The notes: a model not told the origin generated them from the letters alone. DNA of 64,000 bases from an uncultured virus (IMG/VR IMGVR_UViG_3300028373_000196) (IMGVR_UViG_3300028373_000196), one strand, 5' to 3'. Shown: positions 9,502 to 19,094, counted from the stretch's first letter. Program-made: numbers and translations.

Positions 9502-10370
9502 AAGTATTAGTCACAGGAGCAACTGGATACATCGGAAGCCATGTTTGTAAGTTACTAAAACAACATGGACATCATGTAACTGCTTGGGATATTAATTTCT
9601 GGGGAGAACACAATGATATCAGCGGCTACTATGACCATTTTCTAACGTTTGATGTTACTAAGGAAGTATGCGGCGAGTTTGATGCTGTGGTACATTTGGC
9701 AGGACGAAGCCTAGTCGGCCCTAGTATGAAGGCGCCAACTGAGTATTATCGAGTGAACGTTGCTGGTACTGCTAACTTGTTAGACAGAGTGCAAACAGAT
9801 CACGTGTTGTTTGCAAGCACCAGCAGTGCTTGGGAAATGGCAAGTCCGTATGCAAGAAGTAAAGTAGCAGCAGAGGATGTAATCAAAGAGAAAGCAACCG
9901 GATATACTATCTTTAGGTTCTTTAATGTAAGCGGAACTGACGGAACAAACAGACAACTAGGACCGCCTAGTCACCTTATAAAAATTGCAGCAATGGCTGC
10001 TGCCGGCAAGATACCACAAATAGAAATATACGGCAATGATTATCCAACAAGAGATGGTACTTGTATTAGAGATTATGTTCATGTTGCCGACTTGTCCAAA
10101 GCTATTATAAAGGCTGTAGAAAGTGGACCTACTAATACACCATACGAAAGTCTAGGTAGTAACCAAGGATATAGTGTTTTAGAAGTCCTAGACACAATGG
10201 AACTAGTGTCGGGTGTGAAATTAAATACAACCATTGTTGGCAGGCGGGCAGGAGATGCAGTAAGCTCGGTTGTCGACAAACTAAGTGACTTTATTACTTT
10301 AGAAAAGAGTATCAGCGACATGTGTTTAGATCAGTACAACTTTGAAAGAACATGCAATGGCAATGGGTGA
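9498..10370 (+). CDS. galE: UDP-glucose 4-epimerase
   Basis: TGATGYIG, HLAG, YARSK (YxxxK), RFFNV, DYPTRDGTCIRDYVHV. Confidence 0.9.
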   Translation: MKVLVTGATGYIGSHVCKLLKQHGHHVTAWDINFWGEHNDISGYYDHFLTFDVTKEVCGEFDAVVHLAGRSLVGPSMKAPTEYYRVNVAGTANLLDRVQTDHVLFASTSSAWEMASPYARSKVAAEDVIKEKATGYTIFRFFNVSGTDGTNRQLGPPSHLIKIAAMAAAGKIPQIEIYGNDYPTRDGTCIRDYVHVADLSKAIIKAVESGPTNTPYESLGSNQGYSVLEVLDTMELVSGVKLNTTIVGRRAGDAVSSVVDKLSDFITLEKSISDMCLDQYNFERTCNGNG

Positions 10371-10596
10371 ACCAATCAGCATAGGTGATTTAAAGTACGA
10401 CAGCGGCGGGCAGGCCAGCGTATGGGATGGGTCCCAATGGGCTGTACTTGTTCACAAGACGCCAGAACTGTGGGTAGACACTTTACCAGATATCCACAAA
10501 CTGGAACAGATGTGCAAAGATTATCCAGGATTAGGAAAGGCTTATGAAAATTTTAAAACAATGTATAGCATGGTTGAACACCACTGCAAAGACTAG
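10357..10596 (+). CDS. Small hypothetical protein (YPxL family)
   Basis: C-terminal LEQMCKDYPGLGKAYENF motif. Confidence 0.7.
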   Translation: MAMGEPISIGDLKYDSGGQASVWDGSQWAVLVHKTPELWVDTLPDIHKLEQMCKDYPGLGKAYENFKTMYSMVEHHCKD

Positions 10597-10613
10597 GAAA
10601 AGAGTAAGAAAAA

Positions 10614-10910
10614 ATGGTAAACAGTGTAATCACCGCAGTTGGATCAAATGAGACATTGTGGACAGCAACCAATTGTAATTCGGCAGTTATTAGCAACGTG
10701 GTTCCTAACGATAGGATAGTATCATCAAGCTTAACAGTAGATGGCAGAGATATTCTACAGGAACTAGATGAAGTTTGAAATACATTAATATTGTTAAACA
10801 GAGACGTTAACATGGAAGAAAAATACCCAAAGTTAAAAGAACTGAAAGATGCATACGATCGGCAACTGTTAATCTACCAGACTTGGGATGCAGTAAAGGG
10901 AACAAAATGA
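10614..10910 (+). pseudogene. Small hypothetical gene with an in-frame TGA at codon 55
   Basis: MVNSV...LQELDEV*NTLILLNRDVNMEEKYPKLKELKDAY...KGTK*. The final stop overlaps the next ATG (ATGA). Confidence 0.65.
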
Positions 10911-11257
10911 CAGATTTTATAGAACGAGTCGAAGGCTCAGGCAGCATAACCGTGCAGCTAAACGGCGGTATAACTCCTGATTATACGCCAAATAGTAGTA
11001 TTCCACTAGACGGCATGCTGCGAACTTTTAATGGTCGAGTAGAATATTACGACGGAAGCTTAAACCAATGGTATACATGGCACGGTGCGACATTAAGGGT
11101 AGAGCTTTTACCAGCATTTGAAGATGTAATGTGGTGGGCAATGGAAGAAAAACAAAAAGCAGAACAGCTGGAAGAGAAGATGAAGAAATTTCCCAGCTTG
11201 CGGTTAGCCAAGGAGAACTTTGACATGGTAAAAGCGTTGGTTGAAAATGACAAATAA
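10907..11257 (+). CDS. Small hypothetical protein (YPxL/FPxL family)
   Basis: C-terminal MKKFPSLRLAKENF; start chosen from the ATGA overlap. Confidence 0.7.
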   Translation: MTDFIERVEGSGSITVQLNGGITPDYTPNSSIPLDGMLRTFNGRVEYYDGSLNQWYTWHGATLRVELLPAFEDVMWWAMEEKQKAEQLEEKMKKFPSLRLAKENFDMVKALVENDK

Positions 11258-11280
11258 TAAATTAATTGGAGAAACGTACA

Positions 11281-11580
11281 ATGAACTGGATTAAGAGAAA
11301 AGTTATAAAGTGGATAAGCAACGGACTATCTGCGCGCAACGACGCCTATGACACCGTAGATTGTTCATCCAGAGGCGTCTCGCGTCGCGAAGCCAATAGT
11401 CCGCGAGGTGATGCCCAACTTAGTTTTAGAATCTACAATGCAGTAAATGGACAGATTCTTGAATTCAACCATTACAACAGAGTAACTGACCGCGACGAAA
11501 ATACAGTTTATCTTGTTGACAAAAGTGAAAAGATCGGCGATTATGTAACGAAGTGTCTTACCATCGAGATGATGAAATGA
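11281..11580 (+). CDS. Hypothetical protein
   Basis: GGAG RBS; ATGA overlap with the next gene. Confidence 0.75.
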   Translation: MNWIKRKVIKWISNGLSARNDAYDTVDCSSRGVSRREANSPRGDAQLSFRIYNAVNGQILEFNHYNRVTDRDENTVYLVDKSEKIGDYVTKCLTIEMMK

Positions 11581-12119
11581 AGAAAAAGTATTACACATGG
11601 AACGATGTTGAAAGTGCAGCAACTTCAATTATGTCACAAATGTATGAGGATCAATGGCGGCCCGATTATATAGTAGGAATCACTCGTGGTGGACTCTGCC
11701 TTGCTACTATTCTAAGCCATATGAGCAAGATACGTATGCAAACGCTTAATGTTAGATTGCGCGACGGATTCAACGATTCTGAATCTAACCTGTGGATGGC
11801 CGAAGAAGCGTTTGGTGTCAATGACGGGTCAAAAGGCATAACCGGAGCAAGGTGGGATCCAATACATAGGAAGAACATTCTTATTGTAGACGACATCAAT
11901 GATACCGGTGCTACGTTTGAGTGGATCAAAGACGACTGGCAAAGTGGTTGCTTGGCAAATGAGAGTGATGTATGGAAAAACGTTTGGGGTAAAAGTGTCC
12001 GTTTTGCAACAATGACCGACAACACCGGAAGTGCGTTTGGCGATGTTAACTATACCTGGGACGAAGTAAACAAGTCCGAAGATGACCTTTGGCTTGTGTA
12101 TCCATACGAAAATTACTAA
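11577..12119 (+). CDS. Type I phosphoribosyltransferase (xanthine/guanine PRT-like)
   Basis: IVGITRGG, the PRPP motif ILIVDDINDTGAT, and C-terminal WLVYPYE. Confidence 0.85.
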   Translation: MKKKYYTWNDVESAATSIMSQMYEDQWRPDYIVGITRGGLCLATILSHMSKIRMQTLNVRLRDGFNDSESNLWMAEEAFGVNDGSKGITGARWDPIHRKNILIVDDINDTGATFEWIKDDWQSGCLANESDVWKNVWGKSVRFATMTDNTGSAFGDVNYTWDEVNKSEDDLWLVYPYENY

Positions 12120-12557
12120 ATGCCCAGTATAGTCAACATATCTAAGATCGACAAGGTGGAAATTCAAGAATATTTACCAAATGCGACCATGCATAGAGAG
12201 CAGTGGACACTTGGGATCGAAGACGAATATCCGTATATAGCACATGTTCTTGATTCCGACGAGAACGTCCGTATGCTGAAAAACATACGTGTATACATCG
12301 AACGTTACGGCATAGACGATGCTTTGTATCACATCGTCAATAAAGACTATCAATACTGCTGGAATGTTGACAAGGCAAAATATATGTAGGACGAGGACTG
12401 GAGTACAGTGTCTAATACATGGTGGAAGTTTTATTTTGCTTCTGAAAAAGATTTAACCATGTTGTTTTTAAAATACAGCAGAGTATTATACACAACACTA
12501 CCTAAGTATCATCCAGGTTATGAATGGCACAACGAAACTAATACAAGACAACGGTAA
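12120..12557 (+). pseudogene. Hypothetical gene with an in-frame TAG at codon 90
   Basis: The frame continues 55 codons past TAG 12387-12389 (DEDWSTVSNTWWKFYFASEKDLTMLFLKY...RQR*) and ends just before the next RBS. Confidence 0.6.
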
Positions 12558-12571
12558 AAGGAGAAAATACC

Positions 12572-12772
12572 ATGAGAGAACAGATGTTAAAAGCAGCAGA
12601 ATTACATGCCCAAGGGCATATCGAGAAGCACCGAATCAACATAGAGATTTATCTTAAGAATCCTATGGGTATCGGAGAGCACTCGGATATTATGGAATCT
12701 GTAGAAATTGAACTTGCAGAGATGGCCAAGTACCACGACCAACTAGAAATGCTCAAAAAATACTTTAATTAA
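12572..12772 (+). CDS. Small conserved phage protein
   Basis: AAGGAG RBS; NPMGIGEHSDI motif common in T4-like phages. Confidence 0.8.
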   Translation: MREQMLKAAELHAQGHIEKHRINIEIYLKNPMGIGEHSDIMESVEIELAEMAKYHDQLEMLKKYFN

Positions 12773-12775
12773 TGA

Positions 12776-12804
12776 TTGACAAAAATCTAAATATATGGTA
12801 CAAT
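12776..12804 (+). promoter_or_regulatory. sigma70-type promoter for folE-queE
   Basis: TTGACA-17 nt-TACAAT with TG extension. Confidence 0.75.
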
Positions 12805-12864
12805 GTAAGTAAGTATATGTTGTACCATATATTACGACATCCACGTCATTAACTCGGAGTAGAA

Positions 12865-13551
12865 ATGAAAACAAGTGAACTAATTAAAGTAAGAATTGAA
12901 GAAGCAGGCGCAAGATATTGGGCAGGCGATAATATTGCAAAATATATTAAAGAAGGCGAAAAAGATGAACTAATTGACGAACTGTCTGCTCAGTTTGAGC
13001 AGGTTCTAGATAGTTTGGTAATCGACAGGTTAAACGACCCGAATAGCAAAGACACAGGCAGACGCCTTGCCAAAATGTACATCAAAGAAATTATGAGTGG
13101 TCGGTACAATGAAATACCAGCTGCGACAGCATTTCCAAATGATTCAGTTACTGGATACAACGGTATGCTAGTTGTTCGTTCCGAACTAAAGAGCATGTGT
13201 TCGCATCATCATCAGCCAGTGTCCGGTGTAGCTTACATTGGTATTATTGCTGCTGACAAACTTATTGGACTGAGTAAGTATACTCGAATTGCGCAATGGT
13301 GTGCAAGACGCGGAACCCTGCAAGAAGAACTAGCAGTAGACATTGCTAAGGAAATTGGCAATGCTACGAAGTCCTGTGACATCGGAGTCTACATTCAGGC
13401 TCAGCACGGATGTTGCGAAAATAGAGGCATTATGGCAACTAGCAGTCTTACACAAACAACTGTGCTACATGGTGCATTTAAAGATGATGCAGGTACAAAG
13501 AAGGAGTTCTTTGACAATATTAAATTACAGCAGGAGTTTGCCCTAAGATGA
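12865..13551 (+). CDS. folE: GTP cyclohydrolase I
   Basis: SMCSHH, IGLSKYTR, LQEEL, HGCCENRG. Confidence 0.93.
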   Translation: MKTSELIKVRIEEAGARYWAGDNIAKYIKEGEKDELIDELSAQFEQVLDSLVIDRLNDPNSKDTGRRLAKMYIKEIMSGRYNEIPAATAFPNDSVTGYNGMLVVRSELKSMCSHHHQPVSGVAYIGIIAADKLIGLSKYTRIAQWCARRGTLQEELAVDIAKEIGNATKSCDIGVYIQAQHGCCENRGIMATSSLTQTTVLHGAFKDDAGTKKEFFDNIKLQQEFALR

Positions 13552-14444
13552 AACTAAGATATTCCGAAGCATTTTACAGTGTGCAAGGCGAAGGAAAATT
13601 TGTAGGAGTACCTAGTGTGTTTCTGCGTACATTTGGCTGTAACTTTCGATGCATGAATTTTGGACTAGGTAAAGATGAACCTAGTCGAGCCGAGAAACAT
13701 GCAAACGGTAATCGATACAACGACGAAGTTAAGGCGTTAATTGATGCTGACGTACATAAGACTACAGAAAAGTTCGAGGACCTACCAATCATCCATACCG
13801 GGTGCGACACGTATGCAAGTATCTATCCAGAATTCAAACATCTTGTACACAACAGAACAGTTGACGAAGTTGTAGAACATCTGTTGTCACTTACGCCAGA
13901 AGGCAAGTGGACAATGAACAACGGTCAAGATATTCATTTAATTCTAACAGGCGGCGAGCCGTTGCTTGCTTGGCAACGTGTATATGTAGAACTGTTTGAA
14001 CATCCGCGTATGCAGGATCTAAAGAACATCACAGTTGAAACAAATACTACACAGCCGTTACACGACGAGTTTTTTGACTACCTTCATGATAACACCCGAA
14101 TCACAGTAACGTGGAGTTGTTCGCCTAAACTTTCCGTTAGCGGCGAAGACTGGGACGAAGCAATCAAGCCCAGTGTTGCACTCGAATATACCTGTGTCGA
14201 AGGTAGTAATTTATATCTTAAATTTGTTGTTGCAGATCGCAGCGACATTGAAGAAGCTGGAAGAGCAGTGGAAGCGTATCGAGCAGTTGGTATTGAATGT
14301 CCAGTATACCTAATGCCACTGGGCGGCCGCTCAGAAGAATACAATCTCAATGTACAAGAGGTTGCAAATATTTGTATGGAAAAGGGTTGGAGATTTACGC
14401 CCAGACTACACATAGAATTATTTGGCAACGCCTGGGGAACTTAA
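13548..14444 (+). CDS. queE: 7-carboxy-7-deazaguanine synthase (radical SAM)
   Basis: SEAFYSVQGEG...FLRTFGCNFRC...GCDT, TGGEP, ETN, CSPKL, RLH. Confidence 0.9.
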   Translation: MKLRYSEAFYSVQGEGKFVGVPSVFLRTFGCNFRCMNFGLGKDEPSRAEKHANGNRYNDEVKALIDADVHKTTEKFEDLPIIHTGCDTYASIYPEFKHLVHNRTVDEVVEHLLSLTPEGKWTMNNGQDIHLILTGGEPLLAWQRVYVELFEHPRMQDLKNITVETNTTQPLHDEFFDYLHDNTRITVTWSCSPKLSVSGEDWDEAIKPSVALEYTCVEGSNLYLKFVVADRSDIEEAGRAVEAYRAVGIECPVYLMPLGGRSEEYNLNVQEVANICMEKGWRFTPRLHIELFGNAWGT

Positions 14445-14473
14445 AAGTTCTCTATTAGAAAAAGGAAAAAAAT

Positions 14474-14641
14474 ATGAAAAATAAAATAAGTGAAGAAACA
14501 ATTAACGATATAGTGTACTTTATGAGAAAAGGAACACTGCAATCATTACAGCAAGCAAACCTTCTACTCTCTGCAGAACTCGTTGCACAGTATCATAAAG
14601 AACCCAGTAGTGATATAACACAAGAGGCATGGTTAGTATGA
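14474..14641 (+). CDS. Small hypothetical protein (55 aa, not in the ORF track)
   Basis: AAGGA RBS; MKNKISEE...AWLV*; ATGA overlap with the next gene. Confidence 0.6.
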   Translation: MKNKISEETINDIVYFMRKGTLQSLQQANLLLSAELVAQYHKEPSSDITQEAWLV

Positions 14642-14985
14642 GAAAGTTTTTAGAAACACACGCACTTGACCCAGCAACGTTCGAGTTAGTAACAAAACTA
14701 GTTGAAAAATACGATGATGGTACTATTGTTCCTATTTCCGAACGTCGTGCTACAGGCTCGTCATCAAAGTATACACTTCAACAACAGGCTAATATTGACA
14801 GGGTTAATCAAACGTTGCGCGACTGCGGGATTGATATGATGACTGAAGAAGAAACAGATTACATGCTTGATCCAAGTGGTATGGTCAAGTATGGAGAACA
14901 TGCAATAAAGAATGACAGCAATAGAGAAATGCAGGAACTTGCTGGATTTGTAGTTGAGAAGACAGTAAGGTACACCAACGAATGA
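14638..14985 (+). CDS. Hypothetical protein
   Basis: ATGA-coupled on both sides. Confidence 0.7.
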   Translation: MRKFLETHALDPATFELVTKLVEKYDDGTIVPISERRATGSSSKYTLQQQANIDRVNQTLRDCGIDMMTEEETDYMLDPSGMVKYGEHAIKNDSNREMQELAGFVVEKTVRYTNE

Positions 14986-15506
14986 AAAATTGGATTAAAA
15001 AGGTCACAGGTATTGCAGATTTGGAGGCTGCGGCGCAAGCTGCTACAGATACCCGCATTGCCGAAGAGGAGCGGATGGTAGAACTTGTTAAACGGCGCGC
15101 TGCCGCTGACGAACTAGCAAGAGCAACATCAGAAAAGTTTGCTGCCGATGCAGCCGACGCTGCAGAGCTTGCAAAAGAAGAAGCCAGGGTCGCCGAGATT
15201 GCAAAAATGTCCAATAAAGACCGTGCAACTGCAAACGGCGAAAGCTGGGTTAATGTACTTGACATTCATATAAACCAAGACGACATTCGAAATGGATTCT
15301 TTGAGCTAGATTGGAATGACTTTTTTATTACAGACTTGGTACTAAACGGGTACGGGACCAACGACGATCCTGCAGAAGAAGTAGTTAATAGATGGTTTAA
15401 AGAGATTGTTTCTCAAATGCTCGGTGACGAAGGGCTCGACCCAAGGCGCGGCAGCGGCTATATTAATGTAACACCCCTTAGTAAGGGCAAATCGGAGATT
15501 TCATGA
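14982..15506 (+). CDS. Hypothetical protein (coiled N-terminus, NGFFELDWN motif)
   Basis: ATGA-coupled to the rnh-like gene. Confidence 0.75.
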   Translation: MKNWIKKVTGIADLEAAAQAATDTRIAEEERMVELVKRRAAADELARATSEKFAADAADAAELAKEEARVAEIAKMSNKDRATANGESWVNVLDIHINQDDIRNGFFELDWNDFFITDLVLNGYGTNDDPAEEVVNRWFKEIVSQMLGDEGLDPRRGSGYINVTPLSKGKSEIS

Positions 15507-16489
15507 CCACATATATTTTAGTAGATACTGCTAATACATTCTTTCGGGCGCGCCATGTGGTCCGAGGAGATATTGATACAAAAGTTGGAATGGCACTACA
15601 CATCACGCTTAACAGTGTTAAAAAAGCATGGACAGACTTTAATGCAGATCATGTTGTGTTTTGCCTCGAGGGGCGTAGCTGGCGTAAAGACTTCTACGAG
15701 CCGTACAAGCGTAACCGCAAAGAACATAGGGATGCAATGACGCAGACCCAGCAAGAAGAAGATGTGGCATTTTGGGAGATATTTGACGAGTTCAAGGACT
15801 TTGTTACCGAGAAGACCAACTGTACTGTTATTCGAAATCCTGTACTAGAAGCAGATGACTTAATTGCAGGGTGGGTACAAGCACACCCCGATGACAATCA
15901 CGTTATCATTAGCACAGACGGTGACTTTGCTCAGTTGGTTAGTCCTACTGTTCGTCAGTATAATGGCGTTAGCAATGTTACAATTACACACGAAGGGTAC
16001 TTTGAAGACAACGGCAAGGCCGTTATTGACAAGAAAACCAACGAAGTAAAGCCTGCGCCGGAACCAGCATTTATGCTGTTTGAAAAATGTATGCGAGGCG
16101 ACGTAAGCGATAACGTGTTTAGTGCATACCCAGGAGTTCGAAAGAAAGGCACCGCTAAAAAAGTTGGACTAATTGAAGCGTTTAATGATAAGACCAAGAA
16201 AGGATTTAGTTGGAATAATATGATGTTGCAACGATGGGTTGATCATAATGGCACTGAACACCGAGTGCTAGACGACTATAATCGAAATGTAGTGCTGTGT
16301 GACTTAACAGCGCAACCCGAGCACATTCGTAAAGAGATCAACGATTCTATTGATGCAGTTAAACCAAAGGAAGTATCGCAAGTTGGACTTCGACTAATGA
16401 AGTTTTGCGCCAAGTGGGATATGCAAAGAATTGCAGACCAAGCAGCATCATATGCAACTGCATTAAATGCCAAATACCCAGGAAAATAA
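15503..16489 (+). CDS. rnh: T4 RNase H-like 5'-3' exonuclease/flap endonuclease
   Basis: LVDTAN, WRK..Y..YK.NR, EADD, STDGD, GDVSDNV. Confidence 0.88.
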   Translation: MTTYILVDTANTFFRARHVVRGDIDTKVGMALHITLNSVKKAWTDFNADHVVFCLEGRSWRKDFYEPYKRNRKEHRDAMTQTQQEEDVAFWEIFDEFKDFVTEKTNCTVIRNPVLEADDLIAGWVQAHPDDNHVIISTDGDFAQLVSPTVRQYNGVSNVTITHEGYFEDNGKAVIDKKTNEVKPAPEPAFMLFEKCMRGDVSDNVFSAYPGVRKKGTAKKVGLIEAFNDKTKKGFSWNNMMLQRWVDHNGTEHRVLDDYNRNVVLCDLTAQPEHIRKEINDSIDAVKPKEVSQVGLRLMKFCAKWDMQRIADQAASYATALNAKYPGK

Positions 16490-16490
16490 C

Positions 16491-16961
16491 ATGAAAGCAA
16501 AAGAAATATTAAAAGGCAAGTTTTGGATCCTTGAAGAACACGGTGTTCGTATAGGAACACTGAGCAGAGACGAAGAAAAATTCATTTTTTCTAAAAAAGG
16601 CGAAGTGCATTTTTACAAAGACGAAAAGCAGCTAACCAATTACTTTGGCAAGAATCCGTTGACTGTAAAAATTACTGCTCCTAGGTCAGCAAGAGTTGAG
16701 TTGGATGTACACGGATATCCAACAAGGGCACATGCATACAACGGAATGTTTGATATGTCACGTAAGCTTCCGTTGTTTACTAAAAGTGAAAAGTCAAAAA
16801 GTGTGTACTGTGCAGGCTACTATCTGATTAAGTTTAATGTGAATTGGCTTAAGAGTTTTTGTCCTAAATTAATTACCATTGAACGGAACGAATACCTCGG
16901 ACCGTTTAAAACTCAAATTGAAATGAAAGCAGCGTTAACCAATGTCAATAGATCCAATTAA
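16491..16961 (+). CDS. Hypothetical protein
   Basis: Operonic ORF with LPLFTK...YCAGYY...FCPK motifs. Confidence 0.75.
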   Translation: MKAKEILKGKFWILEEHGVRIGTLSRDEEKFIFSKKGEVHFYKDEKQLTNYFGKNPLTVKITAPRSARVELDVHGYPTRAHAYNGMFDMSRKLPLFTKSEKSKSVYCAGYYLIKFNVNWLKSFCPKLITIERNEYLGPFKTQIEMKAALTNVNRSN

Positions 16962-17187
16962 CACATTACCCATCGAACAATTTATACAGAAAGTTAAAGC
17001 ATCAGAGTCTAGCAACTCCAAAGAGGTCAGGATCGACGCTACTACTGCAAAGAACCTTGCATTTACATTAGGTTTAGTGATGAGTAGGTTGCACGGGGAC
17101 CTAGAAAAGTTTGTAAGTGCAAATGCAGCTAGTAACAACGACGAAGTTATCAAGGTCGACCTCAATGGCGGCGGCGACTGGAAATAG
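16942..17187 (+). CDS. Hypothetical protein
   Basis: Operonic ORF overlapping the upstream stop. Confidence 0.7.
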   Translation: MSIDPINTLPIEQFIQKVKASESSNSKEVRIDATTAKNLAFTLGLVMSRLHGDLEKFVSANAASNNDEVIKVDLNGGGDWK

Positions 17188-17230
17188 TCGGTTATAGATA
17201 AATATATACGTATATATCGGAGTACGTATA

Positions 17231-17512
17231 ATGAGTCGACCAAAGCCAACTGTGTTACTGGAATTTATCAATAGCCAAACCTACAGATGTGAGCAAGTAC
17301 TAGAAGCCGATGCAATTTGGGCAGTTTTTTACAAAAAACACCCTTTTAATCTAAAGAGCTCTAATTCTCTAACAAACTACCCAGGACCTAAATATAAAAA
17401 GACTAGCTTTTCAAATCCAGGACACGCACACAATCTAGCCAAGAAACTTAATTCGACATTTAGGACCAGTGATTTTGCTGTTTTTAAACTAGTTGGCGAG
17501 GAAGTAAACTAA
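17231..17512 (+). CDS. Hypothetical protein (MSRPKP... family)
   Basis: Preceded by GATAAATA (17197-17204) and GGAG; basic protein with FSNPGHA motif. Confidence 0.75.
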   Translation: MSRPKPTVLLEFINSQTYRCEQVLEADAIWAVFYKKHPFNLKSSNSLTNYPGPKYKKTSFSNPGHAHNLAKKLNSTFRTSDFAVFKLVGEEVN

Positions 17513-17514
17513 AA

Positions 17515-17901
17515 ATGAACAAAGAAGTATATACTAAAATATTTCTACAACAGTTAGGCAAGACAGCAAATGACGACGCCGCAAAGGAATATCTCTCCTT
17601 ATGGTGGCAAAATACTCGTAAAAAAGAAGGCAGCGGACTACGACTAACAGATCTAGGGTTAGAGATTGTTAATCAGCTAGAAATAGCAATATACAATATA
17701 CCGTTTGTTGCCGACATGCCGCTCACTGCTCAAGTGATCATCTTCTTAGATAAATTCATCGACTGTCCGTATCACCTAGACAAGCATAGCATCCATGTTA
17801 CAAACGAACGTAAAGCAGTCGAGTTAGCACTGTTTAGCGGAGACTTGCGAAAATTCGGCATTGCCAAAGCGTTAACTAGGGCTAAAAAGCTCAATGACTA
17901 G
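17515..17901 (+). CDS. Hypothetical protein
   Basis: Operonic ORF with GLRLT..G wing-like motif. Confidence 0.75.
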   Translation: MNKEVYTKIFLQQLGKTANDDAAKEYLSLWWQNTRKKEGSGLRLTDLGLEIVNQLEIAIYNIPFVADMPLTAQVIIFLDKFIDCPYHLDKHSIHVTNERKAVELALFSGDLRKFGIAKALTRAKKLND

Positions 17902-17939
17902 TATACAATATAAAAATCTCACAATCTTTAAAAAAGTCG

Positions 17940-17968
17940 TTGACGTAGTGTGACACAGGTGCTATAAA
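17940..17968 (+). promoter_or_regulatory. sigma70-type promoter
   Basis: TTGACG-17 nt-TATAAA with TG extension. Confidence 0.7.
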
Positions 17969-18003
17969 GTACGTAGGCACTGCAACACATAGAAAGGATT
18001 ACA

Positions 18004-19086
18004 ATGTCTGAGATTACTAGAACTGTTAGCCCAAATAAGGGTAAAGCTGCAATCCGTCATGCAATGATGAAACAACGTCCAATTTTCCTTTGGGGTCCTC
18101 CGGGCATCGGCAAGTCAGACATTGTACATCAAATTGGTGCAGGACTTGACGCCCTTGTTATTGACATTCGTTTGTCATTGTGGGAACCAACTGATATCAA
18201 GGGCATTCCTTACTTCGACTCTAATATCGGCAAGATGGTATGGGGCGCGCCAGTTGAGCTTCCGGACGAAGCAATTGCTGCAAAGCATAAGCACATTATC
18301 TTGTTCTTGGACGAGATGAACTCTGCGGCGCCAGCTGTACAAGCGGCCGCCTATCAGCTTATTCTTAACCGCAAGGTCGGCACTTATAAGCTGCCAGACA
18401 ACGTAATGATCATTGCTGCTGGTAACCGAGAGGCAGACAAAGGTGTTACTTACCGCATGCCGGCACCGCTTGCTAACCGATTTGTTCACCTTGAAATGGC
18501 TGTTGACTTTAACGACTGGTTCCAGTGGGCAGTCGACAACAAAGAACACAAGGACGTCGTTGGCTTCCTTCAGTTCTCTAAGAAAGACTTGTATGACTTT
18601 AGTCCTAAGTCAGCAAGCCGTTCATTTGCAACGCCACGTAGTTGGTCATTTGTGAGCGAACTTCTAAGCGACGATCTCGACGAAGGAACACTTACTGACC
18701 TGATTGCCGGTGCAGTCGGCGAAGGCCTTGCAGTCAAGTTCATGGCTCACCGAAAAGTTGCATCAAGCATGCCTGATCCAACTGAGATCCTTGCAGGACG
18801 CGTGAAAGAGATGAAGGCAAAAGAAATCAGTGCCATGTATTCCTTGACTGTGTCTCTCTGCTACGAACTCAAAGAAGCAAACGACAAAGGCGATAAGAAG
18901 TTTGATGAGAAAGTTAACAACTTCTTAAAGTTTACTATGGACAACTTTGACACAGAACTTGTTGTAATGGGTATTAAGCTTGCCTTGTCACAATACGGTC
19001 TGCCAATTGACCCAGATGCAGTCGAATGCTTTGACGAGTTCCACGATCGTTACGGCAAGTACATCAAGGCAGCGCAAGCTTCCTAA
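18004..19086 (+). CDS. MoxR-like AAA+ ATPase
   Basis: Walker A GPPGIGKS, Walker B LFLDE, AAGNR, PLANRF, TPRSW. Confidence 0.9.
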   Translation: MSEITRTVSPNKGKAAIRHAMMKQRPIFLWGPPGIGKSDIVHQIGAGLDALVIDIRLSLWEPTDIKGIPYFDSNIGKMVWGAPVELPDEAIAAKHKHIILFLDEMNSAAPAVQAAAYQLILNRKVGTYKLPDNVMIIAAGNREADKGVTYRMPAPLANRFVHLEMAVDFNDWFQWAVDNKEHKDVVGFLQFSKKDLYDFSPKSASRSFATPRSWSFVSELLSDDLDEGTLTDLIAGAVGEGLAVKFMAHRKVASSMPDPTEILAGRVKEMKAKEISAMYSLTVSLCYELKEANDKGDKKFDEKVNNFLKFTMDNFDTELVVMGIKLALSQYGLPIDPDAVECFDEFHDRYGKYIKAAQAS

Positions 19087-19094
19087 GGTGAGTC

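Noticed and set aside
17202..17217. ATATATACGTATATAT palindrome (similar core at 36941-36952) next to ATAAATA motifs
   Set aside because: It is low-complexity AT sequence and lies on different sides of the motif in the two cases; it may be chance.
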